Source: an uncultured Nitrososphaerota archaeon
GTDB taxonomy: Archaea; Korarchaeota; Korarchaeia; Korarchaeales; Korarchaeaceae
Reading direction: 5' to 3'
NCBI GenBank assembly: GCA_964594835.1
Contig: CAZQNA010000005.1
Location: 99,771 to 163,770, forward strand
Length of the DNA stretch: 64,000 nt
The translations under genes and the position numbers were made by a program. Position 1 is the stretch's first letter. Every line of letters begins with the position of its first letter. Below are positions 18,428 through 27,335 of the stretch, one piece after another. The notes under the pieces are model-generated. The model was not told the DNA's origin. It saw nothing but the letters and a program-made list of their open reading frames with translations, and did not search any database.

Positions 18428-20188
18428 ATGTTCGAGCCCCACGGGGAGATCAGGAGGCAGGTCTTCTGGAGGAGGGTCGCCGGTCTAACCAGGCGGTACG
18501 GCAAGCTTGAGCTCTCGTCGGTGGCGATAGGGGTCATGGCGGGCCTCTCCGCCGTGGCCCTGGATAAGTCCATAGAGGCGTTCCGACAGCTCCTGGAACT
18601 CATTGAGGGTCGGTGGTCCACTGGCTTCCTCGACCTCGGGTTAATCCTGGCCCCGGCGGTTGGCGGACTGATCTCAGGGGTGATCGCCTGGAGGATAGCC
18701 CCGGACGTGAGGGGGCACGGGATCCCCAACGTCCTGGAGGCCTTCCTGTTCAGGGGGGGCAGGATACCCCTAAGGGTCCCGATAGCGAGGATACTCGCCT
18801 CTGGAGCCCTGATAGGGCTCGGAGGCAGCGCGGGCAGGGAGGGGCCCATAGGTCAGGTCGGGGCCGGACTGGGCTCCTTCGCCGGCCATGTGCTGAAGGT
18901 CCCGGCCAGGCCGAGGAAGCTCCTCCTCATAGCTGGACTCTCGGCTGGGATATCCGCGGCCTTCGACGCGCCCCTCGGGGGGGTGCTGTTCGGACTCGAG
19001 ATCCTCCTGGGAGCGGTCTACTCGGTCGAGCTCATTCCCGCATTCATCGCCTCGATATCCGCGGTCTCCGTGTCCTGGACCCTCAGGAGGGCCATGCCCG
19101 TCATCCTGATCCCCGCGCACATACCCTTCCCCCACCCGGTCGAGGTGGTCGCCCTCCTCGCCGTGGGCGCCCTGGCGGCGGCCGTGGCCAGGGCCTGGGT
19201 GGACACCCTCTACGCCGTCGAGGGGAGGTTCGAGGGATGGGCCGTCCCGCCTTGGGTGAAGCCCGCCGTCGGCGGGCTGCTAAACGGCCTACTGGCCTTC
19301 TGGAGCCTCGGTTGGGGAATAATGGGGCCGGGCTTCGACGGACTCAACAGGGTACTGGCTGGGGAGGGGTCCCTCCAACTCCTCCTAGTCCTGACGGCGA
19401 TCAAGATACTCTCGACCTCCTTCTCGGTGGGATCGGGAGGGTCGGGGGGGATATTCACCCCGACCCTGTTCATCGGGGCCACCTCCGGCGCGCTGGTGGG
19501 GAAGATCCTCAACGCCGTCGCCCCCACGGTGTTCCGCACCCCTGAGATGTTCGCCCTGGCGGGGATGGCGGCCACATTCGCCGCCGCCGTGAGGGCCCCC
19601 CTCACGGCGGTGGTGATAATAACCGAGCTGGGGAGGAACTACAGGCTGATTCCATCCCTACTGGCGTCCTGCTCGACGGCATACTTCCTCTCGCTCATAC
19701 TGATGGAGAGCACCATCTACACGAGGCGGATTGAGGAGAGCGGGAAGAAGGTCCCCGTGGTAGGCTTGGAGGTGCTCGACAGGCTCAAGGTATCCGACGC
19801 GATGGTCAGGGAGGTGGTGACGGTGGGTCCTGACCTCTCGCTCAAGGAGCTCCACGAAGTCATGCTCAGGACCCACCACATGGGGTTCCCGGTCGTCGAC
19901 CGCCAGGGCAGGCTCGTGGGGATGATCGCCTTCGCCGACCTGAGGAGGGTTCACCCGAGCCACTGGGACCGGGTCAGGGTCCGAGACGTGATGAACAGGC
20001 GTCCCGTAACGGCTTCTCCAGAGGAATCGGTTCACGACGCCCTGCTCAAGATGCTGAGGTGCGACGTGGGCAGGCTCCCAGTCGTCGAGGGGGGCAGGCT
20101 CGTCGGGATACTCACCAGGACCGACGTGGTGAAGGCGTACGAGAGGGCGGTCCTGATGAAGGACCTGGAGGAGGCCGCCAGGATGTAG
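18428..20188 (+). CDS. ClC family voltage-gated chloride channel with C-terminal CBS pair
   Basis: GSGIP-like GISGVI, GREGP, GxFxP motifs; two C-terminal CBS domains. Confidence 0.9.
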   Translation: MFEPHGEIRRQVFWRRVAGLTRRYGKLELSSVAIGVMAGLSAVALDKSIEAFRQLLELIEGRWSTGFLDLGLILAPAVGGLISGVIAWRIAPDVRGHGIPNVLEAFLFRGGRIPLRVPIARILASGALIGLGGSAGREGPIGQVGAGLGSFAGHVLKVPARPRKLLLIAGLSAGISAAFDAPLGGVLFGLEILLGAVYSVELIPAFIASISAVSVSWTLRRAMPVILIPAHIPFPHPVEVVALLAVGALAAAVARAWVDTLYAVEGRFEGWAVPPWVKPAVGGLLNGLLAFWSLGWGIMGPGFDGLNRVLAGEGSLQLLLVLTAIKILSTSFSVGSGGSGGIFTPTLFIGATSGALVGKILNAVAPTVFRTPEMFALAGMAATFAAAVRAPLTAVVIITELGRNYRLIPSLLASCSTAYFLSLILMESTIYTRRIEESGKKVPVVGLEVLDRLKVSDAMVREVVTVGPDLSLKELHEVMLRTHHMGFPVVDRQGRLVGMIAFADLRRVHPSHWDRVRVRDVMNRRPVTASPEESVHDALLKMLRCDVGRLPVVEGGRLVGILTRTDVVKAYERAVLMKDLEEAARM

Positions 20189-20206
20189 CGGAGGGCAGGG
20201 GTCCAG

Positions 20207-21379
20207 TTGAGGGTGCGCCTGCTCTCTGTTACCCTCCCGGGGCTGGAGGATCTCATGGGAGAGGAGATACAGGAGATCACTGGAGAGGAGGTCAAGGGAG
20301 AGCTGCTAGGCAAGGTTTCTCTCTCGTGCGACCAAGAGGCCGCAGTAGAGCTGATCTACCTGGTCAGGTCCTCGAACAGGATACTCCTGCTCGTGGGCGA
20401 AGGCATGGTTGATCCGGGAGACCTAAGCTCAGTTGGAAAGGTGGCCAGGGAGGTGGACTGGTCAAGCTACTTCAGTCCGAGCCTCACCTTCGCCGTCAGG
20501 GCGGAGCGAACCGGAGTCCACTCCTACAGGAGTCCCCAGATAGCAGCCGAGGTTGGGGCGGCCGTCGTGGACCACTTCCTCTCCGAGCGCGGCGTAAGGA
20601 TCAGGGCGAACCTGAGGGACCCGGACGTGACCGTCAGGGCCTACGTCTCGGGAGAAAGGATGCTCCTTGGAGTGGACCTCGTGGGCGAGAGCCTCCACAG
20701 GAGGGGGTACAGGGTGTACCAGCACCCGGCCTCCCTCAGCCCCGTCGTCGCGTACTCGCTGGTGAGACTCACGGGGTGGCTCTCAGAGGTCGAGAGGGAC
20801 CCCTCGTCCCCCCTCGTGGACCCCATGTGCGGGGGAGGGACCATCCCCATCGAGGCGGCCCTGGCGGCCAAGAGGATACCGCCGGGGAGGTGGAGGAGGC
20901 GACGGGGCTGGCCCTTCACCCTCCTCGCGCCCTTCAAGGGGATCGACGTAGAAGACCTCCTGGATCGGATCGACGAGAGGGCGAGGCCCGACCTCAGGGT
21001 GCATGTTATCGCCTCTGACGTGAGCCCAAAGCACGTTGCGGGTGCCGCGAGGAACGCCCTGTCCGCGGGAGTGCAGGACTCGATATCCTTCTCCGTCTTC
21101 AACGCCCGGGAGCTGCCGGAGAGGGTGAGGAGGATCGGCGCCCTGGCCACGAACCCGCCCTACGAGCTGAGGACGGGCAGGAGGAGGGACCTAGAGGAGG
21201 CCTTCGCCGGGGTGGCCAGGGCGCTCTCAGGGGCCCTGGAGCTCAGGGCCTCCGCCATACTGGGGGGACCGGCGCTGCCCAAGTTTGAGAGGGCCATGGG
21301 GACCCTCCGCCTGGTCGAGAGGAGGAAGGTCAGGTACGGAGGGGTGCCGGTCGCAATACTGGTCTACTCCAGGCCCTGA
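20207..21379 (+). CDS. THUMP-domain RNA (guanine-N2)-methyltransferase (Trm14/TrmN-like)
   Basis: N-terminal THUMP; DPMCGGGTIPIEAA SAM motif, NPPYE catalytic motif; TTG start. Confidence 0.8.
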   Translation: MRVRLLSVTLPGLEDLMGEEIQEITGEEVKGELLGKVSLSCDQEAAVELIYLVRSSNRILLLVGEGMVDPGDLSSVGKVAREVDWSSYFSPSLTFAVRAERTGVHSYRSPQIAAEVGAAVVDHFLSERGVRIRANLRDPDVTVRAYVSGERMLLGVDLVGESLHRRGYRVYQHPASLSPVVAYSLVRLTGWLSEVERDPSSPLVDPMCGGGTIPIEAALAAKRIPPGRWRRRRGWPFTLLAPFKGIDVEDLLDRIDERARPDLRVHVIASDVSPKHVAGAARNALSAGVQDSISFSVFNARELPERVRRIGALATNPPYELRTGRRRDLEEAFAGVARALSGALELRASAILGGPALPKFERAMGTLRLVERRKVRYGGVPVAILVYSRP

Positions 21380-21384
21380 ACTCG

Positions 21385-21741
21385 TCACTTGCCCGGCGGA
21401 ACTGCGTGGGCCGGTATCAGGCATATGAACACCAGGTCCTCCTCCCCGTCGTTTCGGAAGGTGTGTTTAACCCCTCCTGGAATGAACAGGAACGTTCCCG
21501 GCTGGAGATCGTGCTCCTCCCCGTCTAGCGTCGCCCTCCCCCTCCCCGAGAGTATGAACACCTCGTGCTCCCACTCGTGAGAGTGAGGTGGAGCCTCGCC
21601 CCCGGGGACCATTCGGAACACCCTCATGGCGAAGTTCGGGGCCCCGTCGCCGGGGGTTATGAGCCACCTCCTGTAGAGTCCCCTGGCGGACGTGACCTCC
21701 TCCTCCGGCACCTTTCGCCAGTCTCCGACCTTTGGTCTCAC
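21385..21741 (-). CDS. cupin domain protein
   Basis: PHSHEWEHEVFIL...GGVKHTF cupin motifs; paralog of 35003..35368. Confidence 0.8.
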   Translation of the reverse strand: MRPKVGDWRKVPEEEVTSARGLYRRWLITPGDGAPNFAMRVFRMVPGGEAPPHSHEWEHEVFILSGRGRATLDGEEHDLQPGTFLFIPGGVKHTFRNDGEEDLVFICLIPAHAVPPGK

Positions 21742-21744
21742 GGA

Positions 21745-22197
21745 TCACGCCCCCACGTAATCCAGCTCGAATTCGATTTCGACGCACCCCCTCAGAGTCC
21801 GGGTGAGGTGGCAGTACCTCTCGGCCAGGTCGGCCAGCCTCTCGGCCTTCTCTCTGGGAGGTCCTGCCACCCTCATGGTCACCCAGATCCGCGTTATCCT
21901 GAACCCTCCCCCCACCAGCTCGGTCCTCGTCTTCACCCTCACCGCCAGCTCCCTCAGCGGGAGCTCCATCTTCTTGGCGAACCAGATAGCGGTCGTGAGG
22001 ATGCACCCGCTCATGCTGGCGGCGAAGAGATCGTCCGGGGACGGGGCCTCGTCCAGCCCGCCGAAGTCCTTTGCCATGTCTATCTCGAACCTGTCTCCCC
22101 GGGGGAGGGTGACTACGCCTCCCATCCGGCCGTTCCAGACGGCCTCAGCCTCGTACTCCATTGGACCCTCAGGCTTCTTTATCGACAGGGCTACCAC
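21745..22197 (-). CDS. OsmC/Ohr family peroxiredoxin-like protein
   Basis: Two conserved Cys in SMSGCILTT and YCHLTRTL. Confidence 0.82.
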   Translation of the reverse strand: MVALSIKKPEGPMEYEAEAVWNGRMGGVVTLPRGDRFEIDMAKDFGGLDEAPSPDDLFAASMSGCILTTAIWFAKKMELPLRELAVRVKTRTELVGGGFRITRIWVTMRVAGPPREKAERLADLAERYCHLTRTLRGCVEIEFELDYVGA

Positions 22198-22259
22198 CCA
22201 CCGGCTCCCCCTCTCCAGAAACTTAAAGAGTGTGCATGCCCTTTAGGGCGATCGCATCC

Positions 22260-22739
22260 ATGTCGTCCATGGAGATCCTCGTGGTTCTGGATGCTGACTG
22301 CTCCTCCTCGGAGGAGGTAATACGTCTGCTGGGGAAGATGCTGGAGGAGAGAGGTTACGTCAAGAGCACGTTCGTCGGGGCAACCCTGGAGAGGGAGAAG
22401 AGCGTTCCCACCGGACTCGAACTAGCCGGGGGAGTCAACGCGGCACTCCCTCACGCCGGGGTTGAGCACGTCAACCGGCCGGCCCTGGCCGTGGCCAGGC
22501 TGAGGAGGTCCGTGACCTTCCGCAGGATGGACGATCCGGAGTCCGAGGTCTCCGTCAGGCTCGTGTTCATGCCGGCCATCAAGGAACCGAGCTCCTACAT
22601 CAAGACCCTGATGAGGCTAGTCGACGTCTTCAAGGACCCGGAGGTGATGTCGGCCCTGATGAGGGCCCGCACCGAACAGGAAGTCGTTGAGATCCTGAGG
22701 GAGAGGCTCTCGGCCCCTGAGGGCTCGGGGGAGCCTTAG
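22260..22739 (+). CDS. PTS EIIA component, PTS_EIIA_2 (galactitol/ascorbate/mannitol type)
   Basis: ALPHAG active-site His motif; ORF opens with GTG at 22230 but TATA AACTTAAAGAG at 22219-22229 favours ATG 22260. Confidence 0.8.
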   Translation: MSSMEILVVLDADCSSSEEVIRLLGKMLEERGYVKSTFVGATLEREKSVPTGLELAGGVNAALPHAGVEHVNRPALAVARLRRSVTFRRMDDPESEVSVRLVFMPAIKEPSSYIKTLMRLVDVFKDPEVMSALMRARTEQEVVEILRERLSAPEGSGEP

Positions 22740-22786
22740 AAAGGTTATTAAGTATGATAGTCTGTTGGTGGGAGCTGGGGGAGCCC

Positions 22787-23113
22787 ATGACCGCGAAGCC
22801 CCGTGACGTCAAGATCCTGGTCGCCTGCGGGACCGCTATTGCGACCGCCACGGTCGTGGCGGGCAAGATCAAGCAGGCCTTCGAGAAGCTGAAGATCCCG
22901 GTCACGATAGTGCAGTGCAAGGCGTCGGAGGTCCAGGGCAAGATAGAGGTCTTCGACCCGGACGTCATAGTCGCCAACACACCGATCTCTGAGAAGGCGG
23001 CCAGGGGCAAGCCCGTGATCAACGGGGTACCCTTCCTCACCGGGATAGGGGAGAAGGAGGCTCTGAAGAAGATATTCGAGGCCGTGGGGATAGCCCCTCC
23101 GGCCGACCTGTGA
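22787..23113 (+). CDS. PTS EIIB component, galactitol (GatB) type
   Basis: KILVACGTAIATATV phospho-Cys motif; collinear with GatB; own TATA GGTTATTAAGTATG upstream. Confidence 0.85.
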   Translation: MTAKPRDVKILVACGTAIATATVVAGKIKQAFEKLKIPVTIVQCKASEVQGKIEVFDPDVIVANTPISEKAARGKPVINGVPFLTGIGEKEALKKIFEAVGIAPPADL

Positions 23114-23115
23114 AA

Positions 23116-23121
23116 TTTTTT
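23116..23121 (+). terminator. T6 run after the EIIB stop (archaeal-type terminator signal)
   Basis: tgaaattttttacg immediately after the stop codon. Confidence 0.4.
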
Positions 23122-23286
23122 ACGAAATTAGAGCGACCCTTGAGGCCAGCCCGCTTCTTTTCGGCTTCAGAGCGGACAGTTGGCTCAGGAGGCTCCTTTT
23201 CTCTGGAGTAACAATCGCTAACTTTATTAGTAAGAGTCGAAGTCGTGGTAGTCAGCCGTCGAGCGCAGACGGCTGGTGAGTGGAAG

Positions 23287-24555
23287 ATGGACATCGTTGG
23301 AGCAGTCCAGTGGTTTCTGGGGCTGGGTGCCACGGTAGCCATACCAATAATCCTGTTCATAGTGGGCTTGGCCTTCAAGATACCCGCAAGTAAGGCGTTC
23401 AGGGCGGCGCTGACGATCGCCTGCGGCTTCGTGGGCATAAACCTGGTGATAGGCCTGCTGTGGGGGACCATGAGCGACGTGGCCCAGGCGATGGTGCAGA
23501 GGACCGGGATCGAGCTGACCGTCATCGACGTGGGCTGGCCGGCCGCGGCCGCTATCGCCTGGGGCACGATCGTGGGCGCCCTCACGATCCCGATAGACTT
23601 CATCATCAACATCATCATGCTGGCCCTTGGCCTCACGAAGACCATGGACATCGACTTCTGGAACTACTGGCACTTCGCGTTCACAGGGTCCCTGGTCACT
23701 ATGGCAACCGATAGCGTTCCCCTCGGGCTGATCGCATCCGCAATCAACGCGATAATAGTGTTCAAGCTCGGAGACTGGACGGCAGAGGGAGTGCAGGAGA
23801 TGCTCGGGATCCCGGGCATATCGCTGCCACACGGCTTCTCCGCTGCGTACGTCCCCATAGGCATCCCGATCAAGAAGGCGATCGACGCCATACCACCCCT
23901 GCGGGATGTCAGGGCTGATCCAGAGGCCATCCGGGAGAGGCTGGGCGTCCTGGGGGAGCCGATGGTCATAGGCTTCATAATAGGCATCCTCCTGGCCATC
24001 GCGGCCGGGCAGGACATCGCGGGCATCCTGAACACGGGCGTGACCCTGGCCGGCGTCATGTACCTCATGCCAAAGGTTGTAGCCATACTGATGGAGGGGC
24101 TGGTCCCGATATCGGAGGCTGGCAAGAAGATCCTGGAGGAGAAGTACGGCGGGAGAGAGATGTACATCGGTCTGGACTCTGCGATCGCCATCGGTCACCC
24201 GACCGCCATAGCCGCGGCCCTGATACTGGTCCCGATAACGATAGGCCTCGCGTTCGTGCTGCCGGGCAACAAGTTCCTGCCCCTCGCCGACCTGGCCGTC
24301 CTGCCCTTCATGGTCTGCATGCTCGTGCCGATCGTGAAGGGCAACGTGGTCCACACGGTCATCATAGGGGCGATCGTGCTCATCCCGGCCATGTACATAG
24401 GCACCTTCCTGGCGCCGTACGTCACGCAGGCCGCCATAACCGCGGGCTTCGAGGCCCCTGAGGGGGCTACCCTGATCTCCAGCATCTGCGATGGTACCAA
24501 CCCGCTGACCTTCGTCCTCTTCCTGCCGTTCTACCTCCTGTTCGGGAAGAAGTGA
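23287..24555 (+). CDS. PTS EIIC component, galactitol/ascorbate family (GatC-like permease)
   Basis: Collinear with E. coli GatC: VIDVGWP, KLGDW, LPHG, GEPMVIGF, VMYLMPKV; ~10 TM. Confidence 0.9.
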   Translation: MDIVGAVQWFLGLGATVAIPIILFIVGLAFKIPASKAFRAALTIACGFVGINLVIGLLWGTMSDVAQAMVQRTGIELTVIDVGWPAAAAIAWGTIVGALTIPIDFIINIIMLALGLTKTMDIDFWNYWHFAFTGSLVTMATDSVPLGLIASAINAIIVFKLGDWTAEGVQEMLGIPGISLPHGFSAAYVPIGIPIKKAIDAIPPLRDVRADPEAIRERLGVLGEPMVIGFIIGILLAIAAGQDIAGILNTGVTLAGVMYLMPKVVAILMEGLVPISEAGKKILEEKYGGREMYIGLDSAIAIGHPTAIAAALILVPITIGLAFVLPGNKFLPLADLAVLPFMVCMLVPIVKGNVVHTVIIGAIVLIPAMYIGTFLAPYVTQAAITAGFEAPEGATLISSICDGTNPLTFVLFLPFYLLFGKK

Positions 24556-24639
24556 GAGCGGGCCACCCCAGCCCTCTTCCCCTCTTTTTATTGCGGGCCG
24601 GCTTTCTCCCAGGGTCTGGTCGGAAGGAGGGACTCCACG

Positions 24640-25128
24640 TTGGACGAGTCGAATGGAGGCAGGGCCGTCCTCCTCTCTTACAAGAGGGAGATCGCGGTAA
24701 CCTTGGTAGTTCTGGTGCTGGCTGTCATGTGGCTCCACTCGGCCTTCAGCGTTCACTCAAACCTTAGGCTCGTGTACGCCCAGCCCTACGTCAGCGGAAA
24801 CTTCACCGGCCTCGCGCTGAACTTCACGCTGAAGAACGACGGATTCTACCCGCTCTTCGTCTCCGCGGGAATGAGCCTGAGAGACCCGGAGACGGGGGAG
24901 GTGATCGAGAACTTCTCCGCTTCACTGGGACTGGTCAAGGGTCGCAGCGACGGCTACAGGGTTCTGCTGCTCCCGCTGCCGCCCCAAACGATCGAGCAAC
25001 TCCCTCCGAGGCTCGAGGTCGACATGGTTGGCTACTACGAGGCCAAGCTGTTCTGGCTGCCGGGCATTCGCGTGCCTCTCCACAAGGAACTCGTCGCTCC
25101 CGTGCTGAACGAGACGTGGAAGGGGTGA
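24640..25128 (+). CDS. hypothetical membrane-anchored protein (1 TM)
   Basis: TTG start after T-rich CTCTTTTTATTG; single N-terminal TM. Confidence 0.45.
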   Translation: MDESNGGRAVLLSYKREIAVTLVVLVLAVMWLHSAFSVHSNLRLVYAQPYVSGNFTGLALNFTLKNDGFYPLFVSAGMSLRDPETGEVIENFSASLGLVKGRSDGYRVLLLPLPPQTIEQLPPRLEVDMVGYYEAKLFWLPGIRVPLHKELVAPVLNETWKG

Positions 25129-25175
25129 CAGAACATCTTCCAGATAGAAACGCCAAAAAGACTCGGGGGAGGAGC

Positions 25176-26318
25176 TTAAGCCAGCTCCTCCGGGTTCTCC
25201 AAGAGTTCAACCACCCGCCTCAGGAACCTGGCGGCGGGTACGCCGTCCACGACCCTGTGGTCGAAGACCAGGCAGAGGGCCATAAGGGGCCTGACCTCGA
25301 TCTCCCCCTCGGCTGCGACCGGAGTCTTGGTGATCGCGCCCACGCCGAGTATGGCGGACTGCGGCGGATTGATGATCGGCGTGAAGATCTCCACCCCCTC
25401 GGAGCCCAGGTTCGAGACCGTGAAGGTGCTCCCGGAGACGTCCCTGGGGCTTAGCCCCTCCTCGCTCCGAGCCTTGCTCGCCAGCTCCTCTATCTCCCTG
25501 GTTATCTGCATCAGGTCCTTCTTGTCGGCGTCTCGGACGACGGGCACCACGAGCCCGTCGGGGATGCTCACCGCGACGCCCACGTTGATCTCGTCGTAAA
25601 CGACTATCTTGTCCCCTACAACGCTCGAGTTGAGTTCCCTATGCTCCTCGAGGGCCTTGGCTACCGCCTTCACCACGAGGGCCGTTATTGAGAACTTCCT
25701 CCCCTCGGCAGCTTCGCGCCTCCTGAGCTCCAGGGCCCTGGACATGTCCGCCCTCATGACTATCGTGACGCTCGGTATCTCCCTGTGGCTCTCCGTCAGC
25801 CTCCTGGCTATCGTTCCCCTCTTTCCAGTCAGCTCGATCTCCCTCAGGACTCTAGGCCCCTCCTCGCCAAGCTCGGCCCTGGGGCCGGCGGATTCCACGT
25901 ACCTGAGGACGTCCTCCCTGGTTATCCTCCCGCCGGGGCCCGTGCCCCGCACCTCCCTGAGGTCGACGCCGTACTCCCTGGCCAGTCGCCTGGCGGCCGG
26001 GCTGGCCCTAACCTCGACCGTCCCGCTGGGGGCCTCCCGCCTGTACTCCTCCTCCGCCGAGATCTGCTCCCCGGGGGCCGCGACGACCGCCAAGACTGTC
26101 AGCACGGGAACCTCCTCGCCCTCCTGAACGAGGATCTTGGCGAGCACTCCGTCGGCCGGCGACTCGATCGGGAAGGTGGTCTTCTCCCCCTCTGCGGTGG
26201 CTATCTCCTCGCCCTTCTTGACCGGCTCGCCCTCCCTCTTCAGCCACTTGATCAGCTTGCCCGTCTTCATTCCGGGGTCGAGGCGGGGCATCACGACCTT
26301 CCACGGCATCGCTATCAT
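25176..26318 (-). CDS. dihydrolipoamide acyltransferase (E2 component of a 2-oxoacid dehydrogenase complex)
   Basis: Lipoyl domain with EGEKTT lysine, subunit-binding domain, catalytic DHRVVDG. Confidence 0.9.
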   Translation of the reverse strand: MIAMPWKVVMPRLDPGMKTGKLIKWLKREGEPVKKGEEIATAEGEKTTFPIESPADGVLAKILVQEGEEVPVLTVLAVVAAPGEQISAEEEYRREAPSGTVEVRASPAARRLAREYGVDLREVRGTGPGGRITREDVLRYVESAGPRAELGEEGPRVLREIELTGKRGTIARRLTESHREIPSVTIVMRADMSRALELRRREAAEGRKFSITALVVKAVAKALEEHRELNSSVVGDKIVVYDEINVGVAVSIPDGLVVPVVRDADKKDLMQITREIEELASKARSEEGLSPRDVSGSTFTVSNLGSEGVEIFTPIINPPQSAILGVGAITKTPVAAEGEIEVRPLMALCLVFDHRVVDGVPAARFLRRVVELLENPEELA

Positions 26319-26327
26319 CCCGACTGG

Positions 26328-27335
26328 CTACACTATGCCCTCCACCGCCTCGACTATGTCCTTTGCCCAGCGCATGTACCGCTTCTCGAGCGAGGGGGAG
26401 AACGGGATGGGCATGTCGGGCGACGCCACCCTCACGATCGGGGCGTCCAGGTAGTCGAAGGCCCCCTCGACGATGGTGGCCGCCAGCTCGGCGGTGACGC
26501 CGCCGGTCTTGCAGTCGTCCGCCGCCACGACGGCCCTCCCCGTCTTCTTCACGGATTCCACTATCGTCTTCCTGTCCAGGGGGTTGAGGGTCCTTGGATC
26601 GATCACCTCCGCGCTTATCCCCTTCTTCTCGAGCTCCTCGGCGGCCTTCAGGGCCTCGTGAACCATCCTGGACACCGCCACGATGGTGACGTCGCTTCCC
26701 TCCCTCTTCACGTCCGCCACGCCCAGGGGGACCTCGTAGGGCTCCTCCGGCACGGGGCCCTTCACCCCGTAGTAGAGAACTGCGCACTCGATGAACAGCA
26801 CGGGGTTGTCGTCCCTTATCGAGCTGATGATGAGCCCCTTCGCGTCGTAGGGTGTCGAGGGGGTCACCACCTTCAGCCCGGGGACGTTCATGTACCAGGC
26901 CGGGAAGAAGTTTGAGTGCTGGGCCGCGTGCGCCCTCCCCAGGCTGTACTGGGTCCTCACCACCATCGGCACCTTGAGCTTGCCGCCCGATGAGAACCTC
27001 ATCTTGGCCGCCTGGATGACCAGCTGCTCGGTCGCTATCGGCAGGAAGTCCATGTACATGATCTCGGCCACGGGCCTCAGCCCCATTATCGCCGCCCCTA
27101 TGGCCGCCCCCACGATGGCGATCTCGGATATGGGGGTGTCCCTCACCCTCTCCGGGCCGAACTCCTCCAGGAGCCCCTTGGTTACCTTGAACGCCCCGCC
27201 GTACGCTCCTATGTCCTCGCCCAGGAGGACGACGCTCTCGTCCCTCTGCATCTCCTGCCTGAGTCCCTCCCTTATGGCCTCCGCGTAGGTGAGAACTCGC
27301 TCCTCGCCGCCGCTCAAGCGTAGATCACCTCCCAC
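26328..27335 (-). CDS. 2-oxoacid (pyruvate) dehydrogenase E1 beta subunit
   Basis: Transketolase-like pyrimidine and C-terminal domains. Confidence 0.9.
   Translation of the reverse strand: MGGDLRLSGGEERVLTYAEAIREGLRQEMQRDESVVLLGEDIGAYGGAFKVTKGLLEEFGPERVRDTPISEIAIVGAAIGAAIMGLRPVAEIMYMDFLPIATEQLVIQAAKMRFSSGGKLKVPMVVRTQYSLGRAHAAQHSNFFPAWYMNVPGLKVVTPSTPYDAKGLIISSIRDDNPVLFIECAVLYYGVKGPVPEEPYEVPLGVADVKREGSDVTIVAVSRMVHEALKAAEELEKKGISAEVIDPRTLNPLDRKTIVESVKKTGRAVVAADDCKTGGVTAELAATIVEGAFDYLDAPIVRVASPDMPIPFSPSLEKRYMRWAKDIVEAVEGIV

Noticed and set aside
17194-18849. 5' extensions of ORF-track entries (also 41050..42069, 46753..47802, 48322..49740, 61419..62831, 37147..37824, 41315..42520)
   Set aside because: The N-terminal extensions are low-complexity, lack homology and run through the divergent or upstream genes. 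Conserved domains begin at internal ATG/GTG/TTG codons with TATA-like boxes ~25-30 nt upstream, so I trimmed them.
18613-19545. 310-aa plus-strand ORF inside the ClC channel gene (different frame)
   Set aside because: Arg/Gly/Pro-rich; the ClC frame has all family motifs.
23227-24756. 509-aa minus-strand ORF antisense to the PTS EIIC gene
   Set aside because: Low-complexity Arg/Gly/Asp/His-rich translation typical of antisense frames in GC-rich DNA. The plus strand encodes a clear GatC homolog.
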